Positions 39,623-52,841 are shown, counted from the whole stretch's first letter. The stretch: DNA of 63,481 bases, filler included, from Choristocarpus tenellus KU-1152 (GCA_964200185.2; 8 parts of 8 records of this genome joined end to end with filler, not necessarily neighbours in it), one strand, 5' to 3'. The notes: generated by a model from the letters alone, not told the origin. Made by a program: numbers and translations.

Positions 39623-40264
39623 ATTCGCTTGCGGTGAAACCTCTCCTCTGATGATGATGAGAGTAGCAAGTATTTCAGCATGACTAAGTTCCTCGAGAAA
39701 TAGACCAAGACGTCACACAGCAGTGGGGTGATGGGTTCCATCCCTTAGAGGTGGTGGTGGGGCAAGTGCCCAGAATAGGGGATGGTTGGAGATCACCTAT
39801 GATGATAAACTGTAATACCAGTGAGAAGGTATGCCGTGGTATGCAGCCAGTGAATGCAAAGAAGGTGGAGGAGGTTTTTGAAGAGTTGATTAAGTTGTCA
39901 TACTGAATTATTTTGTAGTGACCACTTCGACTGCCTCTGAACTCTTGCTCTCCTGTGTTGGCACTACAGTCACCATCAAGTGCAAGTGTCTCTCTGGGGA
40001 AGTACCTGATGACACTGTGTTGCTGCGATCTTATGAAAATGACTTTGGTGCCCTTGTGTGGAAGGCGTAGATAGCAGGAAATCATAATAGTGATGGTGGT
40101 GGAGACAAACCAAGCACACTATGCAATGTTTTTGCCACCTCTTCTGACTGGAGGTCCTGTATCTACATGGGCTTAGGGTAGAGTGGTACATTGTGTGCTG
40201 TTCTCTCTTGATTGGCTTATGTTTGACTTGCTCGCCTTTATCAGCCCAGAGAGACATAGCATCT

Positions 40265-40507
40265 ATCAGGGAAGGGCCGCGTCAGTTCGGGATCATAAAT
40301 CCAAAGTTGTGATTTTGATTAATTTTGGCTATCGTGTATGTTAGCAAGTGTCAATATCCTTACTCTGGACACATCTTACATACTCGCACACAGTTTAGGT
40401 AACTGTGTTCACACAGAAAATCGAAAAATGGCATAAAAACCCGAGGGAAGCCAAGCCCCGAACGGACAAACAGAGCAAAACTCCTACCCTCTTAAATGCT
40501 TTCACTC
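40265..40507 (+). mobile_element. MITE family B, degenerate copy
   Basis: aagtgtcaatatcctt...gggaagccaagccccgaacggacaaacagagcaaaactcctaccctcttaaatgctttcactc matches 39457-39622. Confidence 0.75.
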
Positions 40508-41202
40508 CATACACTGGACTAACTCTGGGCCCCAGGTGAGCTGCACAACTTGAGCATATGTGTTGCACGTACGAAAATAATTATAATAATACGTGTTTTC
40601 ATCCCAATTGACCTACCTTTTGTACTCCCATGAAAAGTGATAGAAGGTTATTCCTTACTTACGTTGTATAAAAGGGCATACATCTCTCCTCGCAAATGGA
40701 GATGAGTGGTGGTAAATTCCTTCATTCTCTACTTCAATGTCAAACTCGTATAATATCAACCTTTTTTTCTTGTGTGCTTGGTTATTGAAATATCAAATAT
40801 CAAGAAATTTCCAAGCTTCTTGATAAGATAAATATGTCAAAAATATTGATACATCACACAAAAATTATACTTGGATTTAAGACCATCGCTCTCTGACATG
40901 TTCTACCTGCTGGGATTTCAAGGTGGCTGGTTGACTGAGGTCATTTTCACGACCTTTTTAGTATGTCTGTGAGCTCCTATAATTCTCGTTTCTCTTCCAC
41001 AGTCAATTGCACATACAAACACATCATTTTGGGGTACTCTCCTTCACTTGCACCTAATGGGAGAGGTGAGTATCCTTAGAGGGATATTTCTCTTGGACTA
41101 CACTCGGTACCCTCTGTGAGTGATGTTGTTCGTTACCTGTGTAGCACGGTTTTCCCCTCTGTTCCCACACGTTGTTCCCAGTGCAATAAGCCCTCTGTCC
41201 AG

Positions 41203-41704
41203 GTGCCAGAAAGCGAGAATTGTGAACAATCATCCCAACGAAAGTGGCTTTGAAACATACTTCATACCACTCGAAATGGACAACATGAAGTTGTCGTTCA
41301 AGGTGTGGGCGCATAGGGGTGAGAAGTTCCCTTCATTGGACCTTTCGAGCGTGGAACACCTTGGCGATGGGGGGTGCAGGATCCACACTCTAATCAACGC
41401 AACCAGCGGGACCAAGGTGGTAGTGTGGTCTACACTCTATTTGTATGCAAAGGTAAACAAGAGGTGTATGGGTTTGGGACATTTTTCATTCCTTGCAGTT
41501 CACTCTTTTTCCATTATGAAGTGATAAGATTGACTTGAGAATGCTGATTCTATATATTGTTTGGATACGTTACAACACAATCCAGAACTCACCTCCGCAG
41601 GATGTGCAACTCAAATCCAACGACCTTAATATAAAGCTATGGGGGCGTTGCCCTTGATAACAGTTTCTTGGGTGCCAGACAGTCTTCTCTCGATACTTCA
41701 CTCA
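41203..41704 (+). CDS. C2-domain-like (copine-like) protein fragment, 2 exons, apparent 1-nt frameshift
   Basis: Exon 41203-41416 (ccag acceptor, gtggta donor) gives RIVNNHPN..FETYFIPLEMDNMKLSFKVWAH...HLGDGGCRIHTLI, resembling the C2 strand pattern. Exon 41601-41704 (ctcac branch, ccgcag acceptor, gtgcgt donor) is open only if one G is added to the G-run at 41641-41645. Possible further exon near 42831-42973. Confidence 0.4.
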
Positions 41705-42086
41705 GTGCGTAGCTCAAACACTTGACTCAATGTTTCGTTCAAGATCAAAGCTAATAAAAAGGGGTAATGGATGCTGACCAAAAGCCCCTATATTATTTTC
41801 ATCATCCACCCGATTTTCTTAGTCTATAAACTAAAAGACATCTGCAAAATGCTGCATACATACTCCAATCATAAAGCTTTATTCTGCAACTTCTAGGGAT
41901 TTTGACGTTTCTTCTGTAAGGTTACGTATGCATCACGAATCTTACCCTGCATCTTCTAAGAAATCAGCATTTATTCTATAAGGCTACCTATGTGCCTACT
42001 ATTATCGTACTGCTCGCGCTATTCGCTTATAGCAGATATTCTCGACATCATCCAGGATAGGTACAATTCGCATTTGCACAGAAAAA

Positions 42087-42318
42087 GGGTCAATGTGTCT
42101 GAGGGGGGGGTGCCAGCGTCCGTTTTTGGCCCTGGCTCAATGTACCTGGGGGAGGGTGGTGGCTGTCCATTTGGAGATAAATTTGTATTGTCGCGATTTT
42201 TGGGTGATTTGGTTCCATACGTTGGATGGATAATCGAAGTGCACTTTTCCTGGTGTTGGTCCAAATGGACACTTTGGTGAAGACCCCCCCCCCCCCTCCC
42301 CCCCAGATACTTTGGGTC
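42087..42318 (+). mobile_element. Composite MITE: family D left end (42087-42133) plus full family C copy (42134-42318)
   Basis: gggtcaatgtgtctgagggggggg..gcgtccgttttt is followed directly by ggctcaatgtacctggggg...cccagatactttgggtc. Confidence 0.75.
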
Positions 42319-43489
42319 AAACAATTTTTGCACTATTGTGAGCATCCTTAAAATGCAACCCTCTCGTTTACTTTCACTCTGTGTTGATATGTTCATGCCT
42401 GCTCCTCAGACTAACTACCATGTGGCAAAAATGATCTTCTTTTCTCTCCTGATGTGTGCTTGATCCCACTATCTACTTGTGTCACAACAGTTTTTTTACG
42501 CTTTGTCAACAGAAATACAACCGTCTACAGAATTACTCGTAATTTGACCGTCCTGTCGCGTCAATGCTGCTGGGCGATATCCTGTTGGCTACTCCTGTTC
42601 CTCGCTTGTAACAACCACAATGGGCTACTGCCCATCTTCTATAGCTAGGGTGGCGTACTCAGGCGCAACGCTACGTGTGGATAACAGGGAGGGGTGATGT
42701 TGCGCAGGGAATGGAGAGGGGAAGCTTGCTAAGTAGTAAACACTTTACTCCAGCAGCTCCATAAGGAATGGAATAGTGAGGGTGTATTCCTGCGTAAACT
42801 CGTACGAAAGAAGGAGAAATACGTCACTAGGTGGCCACAGTTCTCGAACAGAACCACGAGGAAAAGCAGAAAGGGGGGCCTGTGTGGTCTCAACCTAAGA
42901 GGAAAGAGGAGAAGATCCAGCAGCTAACGGCCACGGTGTTCCATCGGCAAAAGGATGAACAGCACAGGGGGAGGTTATGCCTGCCTCTGCAAAACTTGAC
43001 GATTGACTTAAACATATACATATAGCTGTGGAGTCCGTGAGTATCTTTAACCTTCCATAAAGTTTCTATAAGTAGGAGGGGATTAATATTTACAACCTTG
43101 AAGGCTTCACACAAGCCAGCTATCTGCTTAACAGAATAAAAACAGATCACATTCTGGATCAACCATCCCCTCGACAGTGTTAAGTGCGTTTATTCAAGCA
43201 TCATAGGTACAAGGGAAGGGGGGAGGGTGTGGCGACAGTTGCAAATATCAACCACTTCGTGTTTAGAAATAACTATAAATATCTTATGCCAACTAGAGTC
43301 TAACGTATTACAGATGTTGACATGAGGGAGAAAATAAACAGCATACTCTGGAGTACAAGGAATCATAGCAAACACTACAAAAACAGAGTCTGCAGGCCTT
43401 ATTCCTGGTAGGGAACAGTAGCTACATTGAACAGCATGACGTGGAATATGACATCTATATGCATCTTTAAGTCAACGGTCAAGGGACTT

Positions 43490-44220
43490 CTATTCTCCAG
43501 GTTGCAAGGGATACCCATTGTCCCGAAGGAACAACACAGTTGTTTGAATATACGTGTGCGATGCCGCACTTGCCCTCCAGCTTGGGGGAACTACACGTAT
43601 GCCTAGTATCAACACCCTTCCTTCTGTATGCAGCAACGAGGAAGGGGTTGGACAGGGCCTCCTACACCCCAAAGATCGACTGGAGTTGAGGTGGAATTCT
43701 GCAGATGGGATCCACCTTGCTGATTTTGAGGGGTTAAGTGGTTGCCTATGCATTGCCCCCCTGCCTAAACTGACTCCTGTGGCTTTGAAGAGTCACAGTT
43801 GAAGATTCCCTTTAAGATCCTGGATCCTGAGGGAGGTCTTCCAGGTGAATGTGAAATATATCAAATAATATTATCCTCAGAGGGCATGTGATCCCATGTT
43901 CAGTCTGTCTTGTTGTGCCTTGAGCACTGTACACTGTGAGAACGTGGACTTCTTTGACTGGTACTGGAGAGGCTGCACCACCCCGTCCAGTCTACTTCAC
44001 CTTGGGCAAGGATTGTGGCCACGTCATCGACAGGGACTCCATTAGACAGGGGCGTGTGGACGGATGCTCCCAGAGGCTGCATAGTAATATTGAAGTAGAT
44101 GACCGAGCAAATACCTTGCCCGAAACCCATTGTCGCCTCTTTAGGAGTGTTGAGAGGGTAGCTACTCTTGTGGAAGGAACTAAAAAATAGTCATAAGCCC
44201 ATAACATTTGTAGTTCTTCC
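43490..44220 (-). mobile_element. Early-branching (CRE-like) non-LTR retrotransposon RT remnant, copy 1
   Basis: GFGQGICSVIYFNITMQPL...VPVDDVATIL (RT QG and (Y)xDD motifs), then LNPSKS...EGRVLILGIRV (RT domains 6/7). Confidence 0.55.
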
Positions 44221-44257
44221 TCAAATCGGGCGAATTAGGGTTAGGGTAGGGTTAAAT

Positions 44258-44490
44258 GTTGTTGGATGTGAAAGTTTGGGGAAGAGTGCATGCGGACGTT
44301 GTACATCTGTTAATTAGTTGTTTCTTGGCATGCAGAAAGGATACGACTCTGTTGATTGCCATCTCCTGTGGGCTGTGCTGGCGAAGTTTGGAGTGCCTGA
44401 AGACATTATTTCAGTTATTCGCCAATTCCATGATGTAATGGTGGCATGGATCCGCATGGATGACGAAGAGTGTACAGATACGTCTGAGTC
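44258..44490 (+). mobile_element. RTE-clade LINE reverse-transcriptase fragment
   Basis: FLGMQKGYDSVDCHLLWAVLAKFGVPEDIISVIRQFHDVMVAWIRMDDEEC matches the RTE RT motif FIDL.KAYDSVDR..LW.VL..FGVP......IRQFHDGM.A.VR.DDGE. Confidence 0.85.
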
Positions 44491-44736
44491 AGACATATTT
44501 CTTGTTTGATTCCCAGCACTCAACTAAAACTACCTTCGTGACTTCGTGTATTAATAGTAGTGGTTTCAATCTTCGATGGCACAAAGTGACTATCACAACT
44601 CAACATAAGTAATCTAAAATATGATAAAAATAAAAACTCGATCAACCAGAAAGAGAAAATTCGACTCTTTAACGACTTATCATATATGATATACATGACA
44701 AGCATTAATACAAAATAATACAAAATAATACACACA

Positions 44737-44796
44737 CACATACATACATACGTACATACATACATACATACATACATACATACATACATACATACA

Positions 44797-44826
<30 letters not shown>
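44737..44826. repeat. (TACA)n microsatellite
   Basis: More than 20 consecutive taca units. Confidence 0.95.
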
Positions 44827-44829
<3 letters not shown>

Positions 44830-44941
44830 TCGGATGGCATGGCCCTGGTCTGGGATATACTACCAATATTCATCATCACCAGGAAAAAAAACACAGTTAG
44901 GGGCTACGTCACCAAGCAACAATGTGCTACCAATGGGTGAT

Positions 44942-45130
44942 GACCCAAAATATCTGGGAGGGGGAAAGGAGTCTATACTAGGGTGTCCGTTTGCCCCCAA
45001 AGCAAGAAAAGTGCATCTACATTATCCATCCGACGTATGCAACCAAATCACACAAAAATCGAGACATGAAAAAATTGACCCCAAATGGACAGCCGCCACC
45101 CACCCCCCCCCCCCCCCCCCCCGCTTTGTT
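44942..45130 (-). mobile_element. MITE family C copy at contig end
   Basis: gacccaaaatatctggg...aagtgcatctacattatccatccgac...ccaaatggacagccgccacc plus poly-C; reverse homologue of 42134-42318. Confidence 0.85.
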
Positions 45131-46571
45131 NNNNNNNNNNNNNNNNNNNNNNNNNNNNNNNNNNNNNNNNNNNNTTAATTAATTAANNNNNNNNNNNNNN
45201 NNNNNNNNNNNNNNNNNNNNNNNNNNNNNNACTTGAGGCCCCGCCCCTGTCGGTTGAAGTGTGCATGCGCAAAAAAAAAAAGGAACACAAGCTTGCAAGT
45301 ACGTAAATGACGCTACACTTCACCAACACAAAAATACAGTCCATGAAACTGTTAAGAGGGGTGAAAGATGAGACACACTACTGAACACATGTCTTGGTAA
45401 CTCTTATCTACAACAGGATTGCACCAAAAAGGTTTGAATGTAGTGTGATGTTGATCTCCGAGACTAATCTAGACAATAGCAAGCTCGAGTTAGTTGTGGC
45501 TTACGACATCAACGAAGTTATGTAGATACTTGTAACGGCTGTCTCACACGAAACACACAAACACAACCACTTGCACTGTAACTGTTGGCCCAGAAGATAA
45601 GCATTTTCTGAGTCCATGTTCTTCGCGTACAGACGCACGTATGAACGCGCAACACTGAGATAGGCCAGCAGGTCAGTCTAAAAATATATATTTTTCAAGA
45701 CGCCGCTCTTTATTGTGTGTAAGTGTGTAAAATAGACAATAAAAGAAAAAAGAAAAGTAAACTGTGTTCCATAAACAGGAATTTTGCAACTGTTCTGAAG
45801 GGTGAAAAATTTAGAAAAAAAAAGTGATGCCTTGCTTCACAAAAACTCAGACCATATGAAAGATTGTGTAGATTTTTCAATCACATAGAAGACCAGGGAC
45901 AACTTCTGTGCTAATGGACAGGGTCTACGGAGGTGAGATGTCTCCACATGTCCCATCAAAAAATTGTTGGTAACCCATTTAGCGGTTCAATGTGTACGTG
46001 CCAAGATCAACTTTGTCCTCTACACCTCACTGTAACAACACTTCTTTGTATATTGTAGTATACCATCTGACTGTGTTTGTGCACCTTTTACTCCAGAGGA
46101 TTAGAAACATAAATAAAATAATTCGGTTCAGTAAAGCCTTTGTTAGATGCAGTTTTTGGTGTGATGTTTACTATGTACTGTAGGTCACGACTTTTCACCA
46201 GACCAGCAATTGACCGAACAGACTGACTGAACAGGGACTGCAAACCAGTCCCCGGCCTTGGTCAGTTACAATCTTGATGGCCCCGGTCTAGTCTTGTTAA
46301 GACATGTTTTCACTCAGGCTGGGCCATAACCGAGCCCAATTTAAAATGTTCATGACTCTGTTCCAGCTTTGATAAGATGTCTTTAACCCAGGCAGGTCTA
46401 CATTCCGGTCTGATTATACTATCTGATGGCTTCCACTCACGGGTGAAGACCTAGAAGTTCAAAACACCCGGTGTGTTCAAACAAAACAATAACTATGGAT
46501 ACAAAAAAAGTAAAATGAAGATAAACAAAAAGTGACCAAGGTTCAAGCTAACCAAAACAACACATGCTCAC

Positions 46572-47543
46572 CATGGCACAAAGAAGTGTAGGAAGCGCAA
46601 GCTGAAGCATTGGCAGTTGCAACCTATCACCCCCCCCCACAAACATCGCATCCTCCTTTTCCCCCCCCATCCCCTCCTCCCTAAGTCTCCCCTTCCCCAT
46701 CCGTGGCCCTGACCCACGCTCCAACTCCCCCTTCCTTTGCCCCTCCTACCACCACGTTGAAATTGCCTGTGCTGTTTTCGCTTCCCAGTCTTAGTCTCAC
46801 TCCTAGGCTGAATAGGAGGCAGAAAGGACTCCAAGTAGTGCTCCCCTCGCACCACTGCAAAGGTCTCAGGCTCGTAAGCCTCTTCTAGTTCAACCATTGC
46901 TACAGCAGCTGGTGTGGATAGTGGTGAGAGTGTACCGTCATTAGGAGGGGGGGTTTCCGTTACATTGGAAGCTGCCACATGGCTATCACTCATCCTCTCT
47001 GCAGAACCATCCGCGGTATCCATGCTCTCCTGTTGTCCCTCCTTCATCAATGCCGACGACCTCTCTTCCTCAGCCTCACCAGACCCTCCATCAGTTATCT
47101 CTGAGGACAGTCCACCTCTACTCAAACTAACAGATCCACTAGACCCTCCAATCTCGCTTCCTCTTCTAACCTCCTCCATCATCCTCCCACTCGTGTCCTC
47201 CATAACTTCATCTCCCTGCCCACATCCTTCCAATCCTTGTCCGCCTGCCCCCCTCCTCCCCTCTGGTTCAGGGGCATCCATGCATGAAGGACCCATTGGG
47301 GGGGGGGGAGCTTGGAGGAACCCATCCAGCCACTCGCAAGGGATGCAAAGTCTGGTCTCCAAGGTAACTGCTCCAGGCCTAGTCGCGGGGCCAACCCAGG
47401 GGTGCAACATGGACCTGTCACAAATTCTTTTGAACCTTTCAACTTATAGCCCCGATGCTTGGGCCTGGTACGCCTCCAGGTCTCCTCCAACTCTCTCGCT
47501 ACATTATCCCAGTAACGTCGACCAGAGGCAGTATCAGGATAGT
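46572..47543 (-). CDS. POP1: RNase P/MRP subunit POP1, large internal exon with two apparent 1-nt deletions in homopolymer runs
   Basis: Acceptor ttccctgcag at 47544. Peptide DYPDTASGRRYW...RTRPKHR...LGLEQLPWRPDFASL resembles the end of the POPLD domain (FPxDF/YPDxxAG...RPxxKR...LG..PF..DW..L), then a low-complexity region, then LQLALPTLLCAM|gtgagc donor at 46571. The frame changes at the runs near 47298-47308 and 46630-46667. Confidence 0.7.
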
Positions 47544-49587
47544 CTGCAGGGAAACTAAAAGGGCAGATAAATGGTGGGATGGTTAGGTATGTGTTCCCAT
47601 GCACATATGTGTGTGTGCGCATGTGTGTGTATGTGGAAGCAAGAAAGAGAGAGAACATGATTCCTCTACAAATATTAATGTTAAATATATGTTTTATATT
47701 TATTATTAATATTGCACCATCTGTTCTTCGAGCTCTACAAGTAATTAAATGTGAAAGCGACCTATACCACATAACCAAGCTGCAAATTAATACAAGGAAG
47801 GACCTCTTGGCTCCACATATGGTAGTGCCTTCAGATCATCAAACGCCAATAGATTGGCCACGATGAGGAAACAGACTTAGAGTACCAACCGTACAATTGT
47901 GGTTATTGTTGCCTCTTGCAAATGCTTTCACTACAAGGTCAAAGTATCTGGGGGGGGNNNNNNNNNNNNNNNNNNNNNNNNNNNNNNNNNNNNNNNNNNN
48001 NTTAATTAATTAANNNNNNNNNNNNNNNNNNNNNNNNNNNNNNNNNNNNNNNNNNNNCCCTATCCCAATCTCCCCATCTCCTTCTCTTGGGCCTTCCCCT
48101 TTTACACCCTTCCCCCCCACCCCCCACCCCCCACCTTCCACAAACAGATTTCTATGAAATGCATGAAATGCACTAACACACCCAGGAACCAAAAAATAAA
48201 TAAATAACACAAGATCGAAAAATAAACACAAACTTTTTCCAATTTTTCTTTCTATCTTACAGATCACAACTCCTCCAATTTTATATTTTGAATAAAATCT
48301 CCTACAAGCTTTGGTAGCTGACTGGTAGGGGCAGGTCATTAGGGTTAGGGTTAGGGTGTCCATCGATGTCACCAGGCAACACAAATTCTACCGCTCTTGT
48401 TGCTGTGTTGTGTTACAAAATTGTGCATTATTGAGACACTAAATTTTGGAGTTGCTTGAAAAAAGACTACACTCAGTTGATCCGCTGAAATCGACTCTTG
48501 ATTCAAAAAAATCTTTTAAAAAAAACGGAAAAAAAACAGTTGCAGGTAAGTTTCTTTTTTAAAGGATATTTACCCATTCGTATTGTCGTACTTCACTCTT
48601 CATTTAAAAAAAAAGAAACTCCACAACCTTTGCAAGGGATTGGATCCAGTGTGTGTGTGATGTCATCAACACAAGGGCAAAATCAGAAAAGAAGTCAAGT
48701 GTGTTCCACTACTCACGATGACCAAAACTCATCAACACCCCACCTGGAAAGATTTCTATGAAGGGCATCACTTGTTCACACTCCTACCCTCGATAAACAT
48801 CAACAAACATCAATAAACATCAACAAAAACCAACAAACATCAACAAACAACGATAACATCAACAAACATCAATAAAATGTGCAGAATGAAATAGTACTGT
48901 ATGTAACAAAGGTGGTCCTGTCTACACGCATCACTGCCAACAAGATCATGGTGCCTAGCTCTTCAAGCATATGACACACCCCTACGTTGCGCAATGAGTG
49001 CAGTACAAGTACACTAGGAACACTTCAACTGCCGAACTTCTTTTTTTATTTATTTTAAATTTTTTTCTTGTGTGCACAGTGCACTAGAAAAAAAATCAGT
49101 ATAGCATAAATAAAAATAAATTTGTGTACTAGAGTTTTACCAACAGAGGTTTTCAGAGGGGCACAGAAAAAAAAAAACTTCGAACTGTAGGTATGTGTTG
49201 TTTTTTTAATTAAAAAAAAATAGTAACACACAATTGATTGATGGGTGCAATGTACGTAACACCAATAATAGTAGGATGCATGTGTGTGTGTGTGTGTGTG
49301 TGTATCATGTACCTCAGCATGAAAAGCAAACATGCAATACATACACCTCTGCAATGCCCTCGAGGGTGGTTCGTCTCGAAGACAATGCTAGGGATAATCC
49401 TAACCCTAACCCTAACCCTAATATACCCGGACCGAGAGGTCCAAATCACTAAAATAAAAAAGGAATATGAACACGACAATAGGCAAAGCACTTATTCAGC
49501 GGGGGGGTTTTTTAAAGAACGAAAAGATTTTTTTTTTTGTCACAGTAAGGCAATACAGTAAGGCGTTTGCGTAATATAGCTCCCTAC

Positions 49588-49675
49588 CTCCGTCGCTGTT
49601 GTGTAGATATCTGCCACCGCCACCGCCTTCTGAGCGGCATCCTCCAGGTCGCTTGAAACAATCATCTTGTACCCA
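49588..49675 (-). CDS. Succinate--CoA ligase beta subunit, near-C-terminal exon
   Basis: ctaac branch plus aacag acceptor, donor gtaggg at 49587. Peptide (S)GYKMIVSSDLEDAAQKAVAVADIYTTATE matches the C-terminus of SucC/SUCLA2/SUCLG2 (SG..I...DL.DAA.KAV). Confidence 0.8.
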
Positions 49676-50994
49676 CTGTTCACAGGCCCCCCCGTATGGT
49701 GGTGTTCCATCAGTTAGTTGCCACACACCAAGCCCACCACAATAGTATTTTTTCAACAGTGGCAGCAGAAGAGGCAGAGTATGAACCCCATACAAGAAGA
49801 CATTGGGCCCAAGGGACAGGGGTACAGGAGTGACTTGTAAGACTGAACTCACGGGGGGGGGGGTTAGTGTAGAGGATCAAGGTTAGGGTTAGTGTAGAGA
49901 TTTTGTCCAATTCTGTTTTCTTGAGAAGTTTTACAGCTTACTACCCTGGAGTTTTTTCTTTTAAGTCTGTCTCTCTCGTCAATTTTTTTTTTTAGTTCAT
50001 CTCAAGTCACAACTCGTTCCAACACGCACTAAAATAAATAGAAATAAAACTGACAATTTAATAATCAAACTGTACTTTCCAAAAGAGACACAATTTAAGA
50101 CACTCTTTCGATAGGTCTTTAAAAAAAATTAGAAACGTACCCAAGGTAGTAAACAATTTAAGACACTAACGTAACACTAACATAACACTAACATAATAAT
50201 AAGACACTCTTTCGAAAGGCAAACAAACACACATCAACAACAAACACTAAATCTCTACACTCCACTTCCACCATGAGCATACAACACTCCAACGAGATAG
50301 GTAGTCCATCACCGTAGATTCATCCCCGGTGAATAAACCATTCTTGTAACTTAAAATGCCCTAAAATGGTACACACACACACACACACACAAAACGACAT
50401 TAATGTTACCCTAATGCTGAAGTGAGTAGTACTGACACCGATCTTACTCAACAAGGCAATAGGCACGACAAATGACTCAAGAACAGTATGTATGAAGGAC
50501 CAGTACAGCCAAGCGGTCAGCTCCACAGCAGCACCAACCCTACTCTAGCTCCAGAGCTGTACAGGGACTATACTGCAACAAAATCAGAGGGAAGAGATAG
50601 GTCAAGGAGAAAAGGTGTGGAGTGAATCCTATGACATACATCGTACATCATACATCATACATCATAAAAGTGAGGGAAGACAGAGGACCCAAAAACAAAC
50701 TACACCTACATCATCCCCGTGACCCACCCCCATATGATGTACGCCAACGCATTTTACCACATCGATGAGGGAAACGCCTACCAAGATTGCTGTAAACCTC
50801 TCGCTGCCAGGACGTTTCAAAGACTACCAACAAAGCAATCACAACGTCAGGGGCTTTTCAAAGACTACCGCAAACCGCCCACAAATCTTGTCACAAACCT
50901 TGTCACAAACCTTGTCACAAACTTATGTATACTATGTCTACCATGTCCAACTTCTCACCTTACCCCGTTCACTCCCCGATCACAATCACTTACG

Positions 50995-51262
50995 TAAATC
51001 CATGCACACTGAAGTATAATATCCATGTATACAAAAGTATATATATATTATCCATGTATACACAAGTATATTTATCATCCATGGATACGTAAGTATATTT
51101 AATACCCATGCATACACAAATATATTTATTATCCATGTATACATAAAGTATATATATTATCCATGTATACATAAGTGTATTTATTATCCATGTATACATA
51201 AAGTATATATATTATCCATGGATACATGAAGTATATTTATCATCCATGGATACATACATATA
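50995..51262. repeat. About 26-28-bp minisatellite
   Basis: Unit tatccatgtatacataaagtatatatat. Confidence 0.85.
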
Positions 51263-52841
51263 TATAACAAAAAAAAACGTACCCTCAGTATGCAAGAGAG
51301 CGTTCAAATGCACCCCCCACACACACACACGCACAAAACTCTCCGACATACAGAACTCAACTCACACCACCTGCCTGCAGTCAGGATCACAATACCAACA
51401 AACACAAGCCAGGGGGGGGGGGGGGAGGTGGCACTTCAACTCCACAAAAAACACAGGTTTGATCTTATCCCCAAACCATTTGGTAATANNNNNNNNNNNN
51501 NNNNNNNNNNNNNNNNNNNNNNNNNNNNNNNNTTAATTAATTAANNNNNNNNNNNNNNNNNNNNNNNNNNNNNNNNNNNNNNNNNNNNGGCGAACAAAAC
51601 CACAAAAAAAAGGAAAAATCGAAAAAAGGGGAAAAACCGGACGCCGATACCCCCCCCCCCAGATACTTTAACCCATTCCGCTGTTGTATACTCGTTTATG
51701 AGAACCCAAACTTCGGCTGTGCAATATTGGTAACTGTCTGGCCCACAATCTATATCTGATGGATATTGAGAGATGTTTCGACAAGGAGATATTTATTGTA
51801 CAAGAGTCTATGTTATCCGTCACCGAGGATAGATAGCTGGCACCTGACAACCGGCACATTGACCGCAGGTGTAAATTGGCAAATTCTTTCAGTCAAGACA
51901 ATTACAGCAACACCAAACCACTCATCTGTATACTATTGACTTGCACACGAATGAATGTCAGATAAATACCAAGCGTACATACGACTTTGGTTCTAACTAT
52001 AAACTGACTTACGAGCAAGACGTGGAGATGAAACAAACAGATCCCAACCTTGAATTCCCTCTTTTGTCATTCTTGTTTTCAAGGTTTTAAACTTGGATAG
52101 TACAAAGACACAAGGCCATCTGATCCATCAGTTCTTACCAAGTCCTTGCTCGAGGATCAAGCCTCTTCGAAAAGTATCATGTCGTCCTCCCCTAAGGAAT
52201 AAGACTTCTCCGAGAATAATCAACCGTCCTTTTTCAAGACCACTCTCCTCATAGTATCATTAGTTCATATTCTTTCTTGAGGAACACAGCTCTTCATTGA
52301 GTATCATTAGCACCGTCAGAGTGTGAGAGAACCAGGTTTCATTTGACACCCATACATACAGCATCGTATATAAGGGAGAACGAGACGGGAAGAAGTATAT
52401 AGTATTTTACCAGCAATTTTCAAAAGTCCAGGCTGACAAATATTGTTCTAGTGCATCTGTTGGACATTATGCAGTGAAGCATTGAATTGCAATAGGACAA
52501 CATTCCCTCTTGCCTTCGTATCTAAGCATTGTTGGAGGGATTTGTGACGTAGTCAATGTAGAGAGATACTTCGAGGTACGCTCGAACATCTATTTGTGGA
52601 ATCAAAACTATTAGGATAATCACGTTTCCTCTACATTCAACCAGAACAGCATGTTTTCCTTTCAAAGACAAGAACCAAACGGAAAATTGCTTCCTCAAAG
52701 ACAAAATAAATTGGGTAGAAGGAAAAAAGCAGATTCTCCATTGCGTGGCATTCCCCCTTTCAGACATGCACATGAAATATGCTCAAGAAACCACCTTTCT
52801 ACCGACACAGTTTCCCTTTCTCTACCCCCCACATTTCCCAC

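Noticed and set aside
46180-46340. Possible hAT-like MITE (taggtcacgac ... gttcatgactctg)
   Set aside because: TIRs are too imperfect, there is no 8-bp TSD and no second copy in the window.
46914-47558. Long + strand ORFs (also 34903-35316 and 52651-53259)
   Set aside because: Antisense shadows of real - strand exons.
48321-48357. Telomeric tract upstream of an acceptor-like ccctaccAG on the - strand
   Set aside because: The downstream sequence has no recognisable coding similarity, so it was not counted as a third telomeric acceptor.
48708-48746. Candidate last exon of succinyl-CoA ligase beta
   Set aside because: In the required phase it reads VGC-stop; not convincing.
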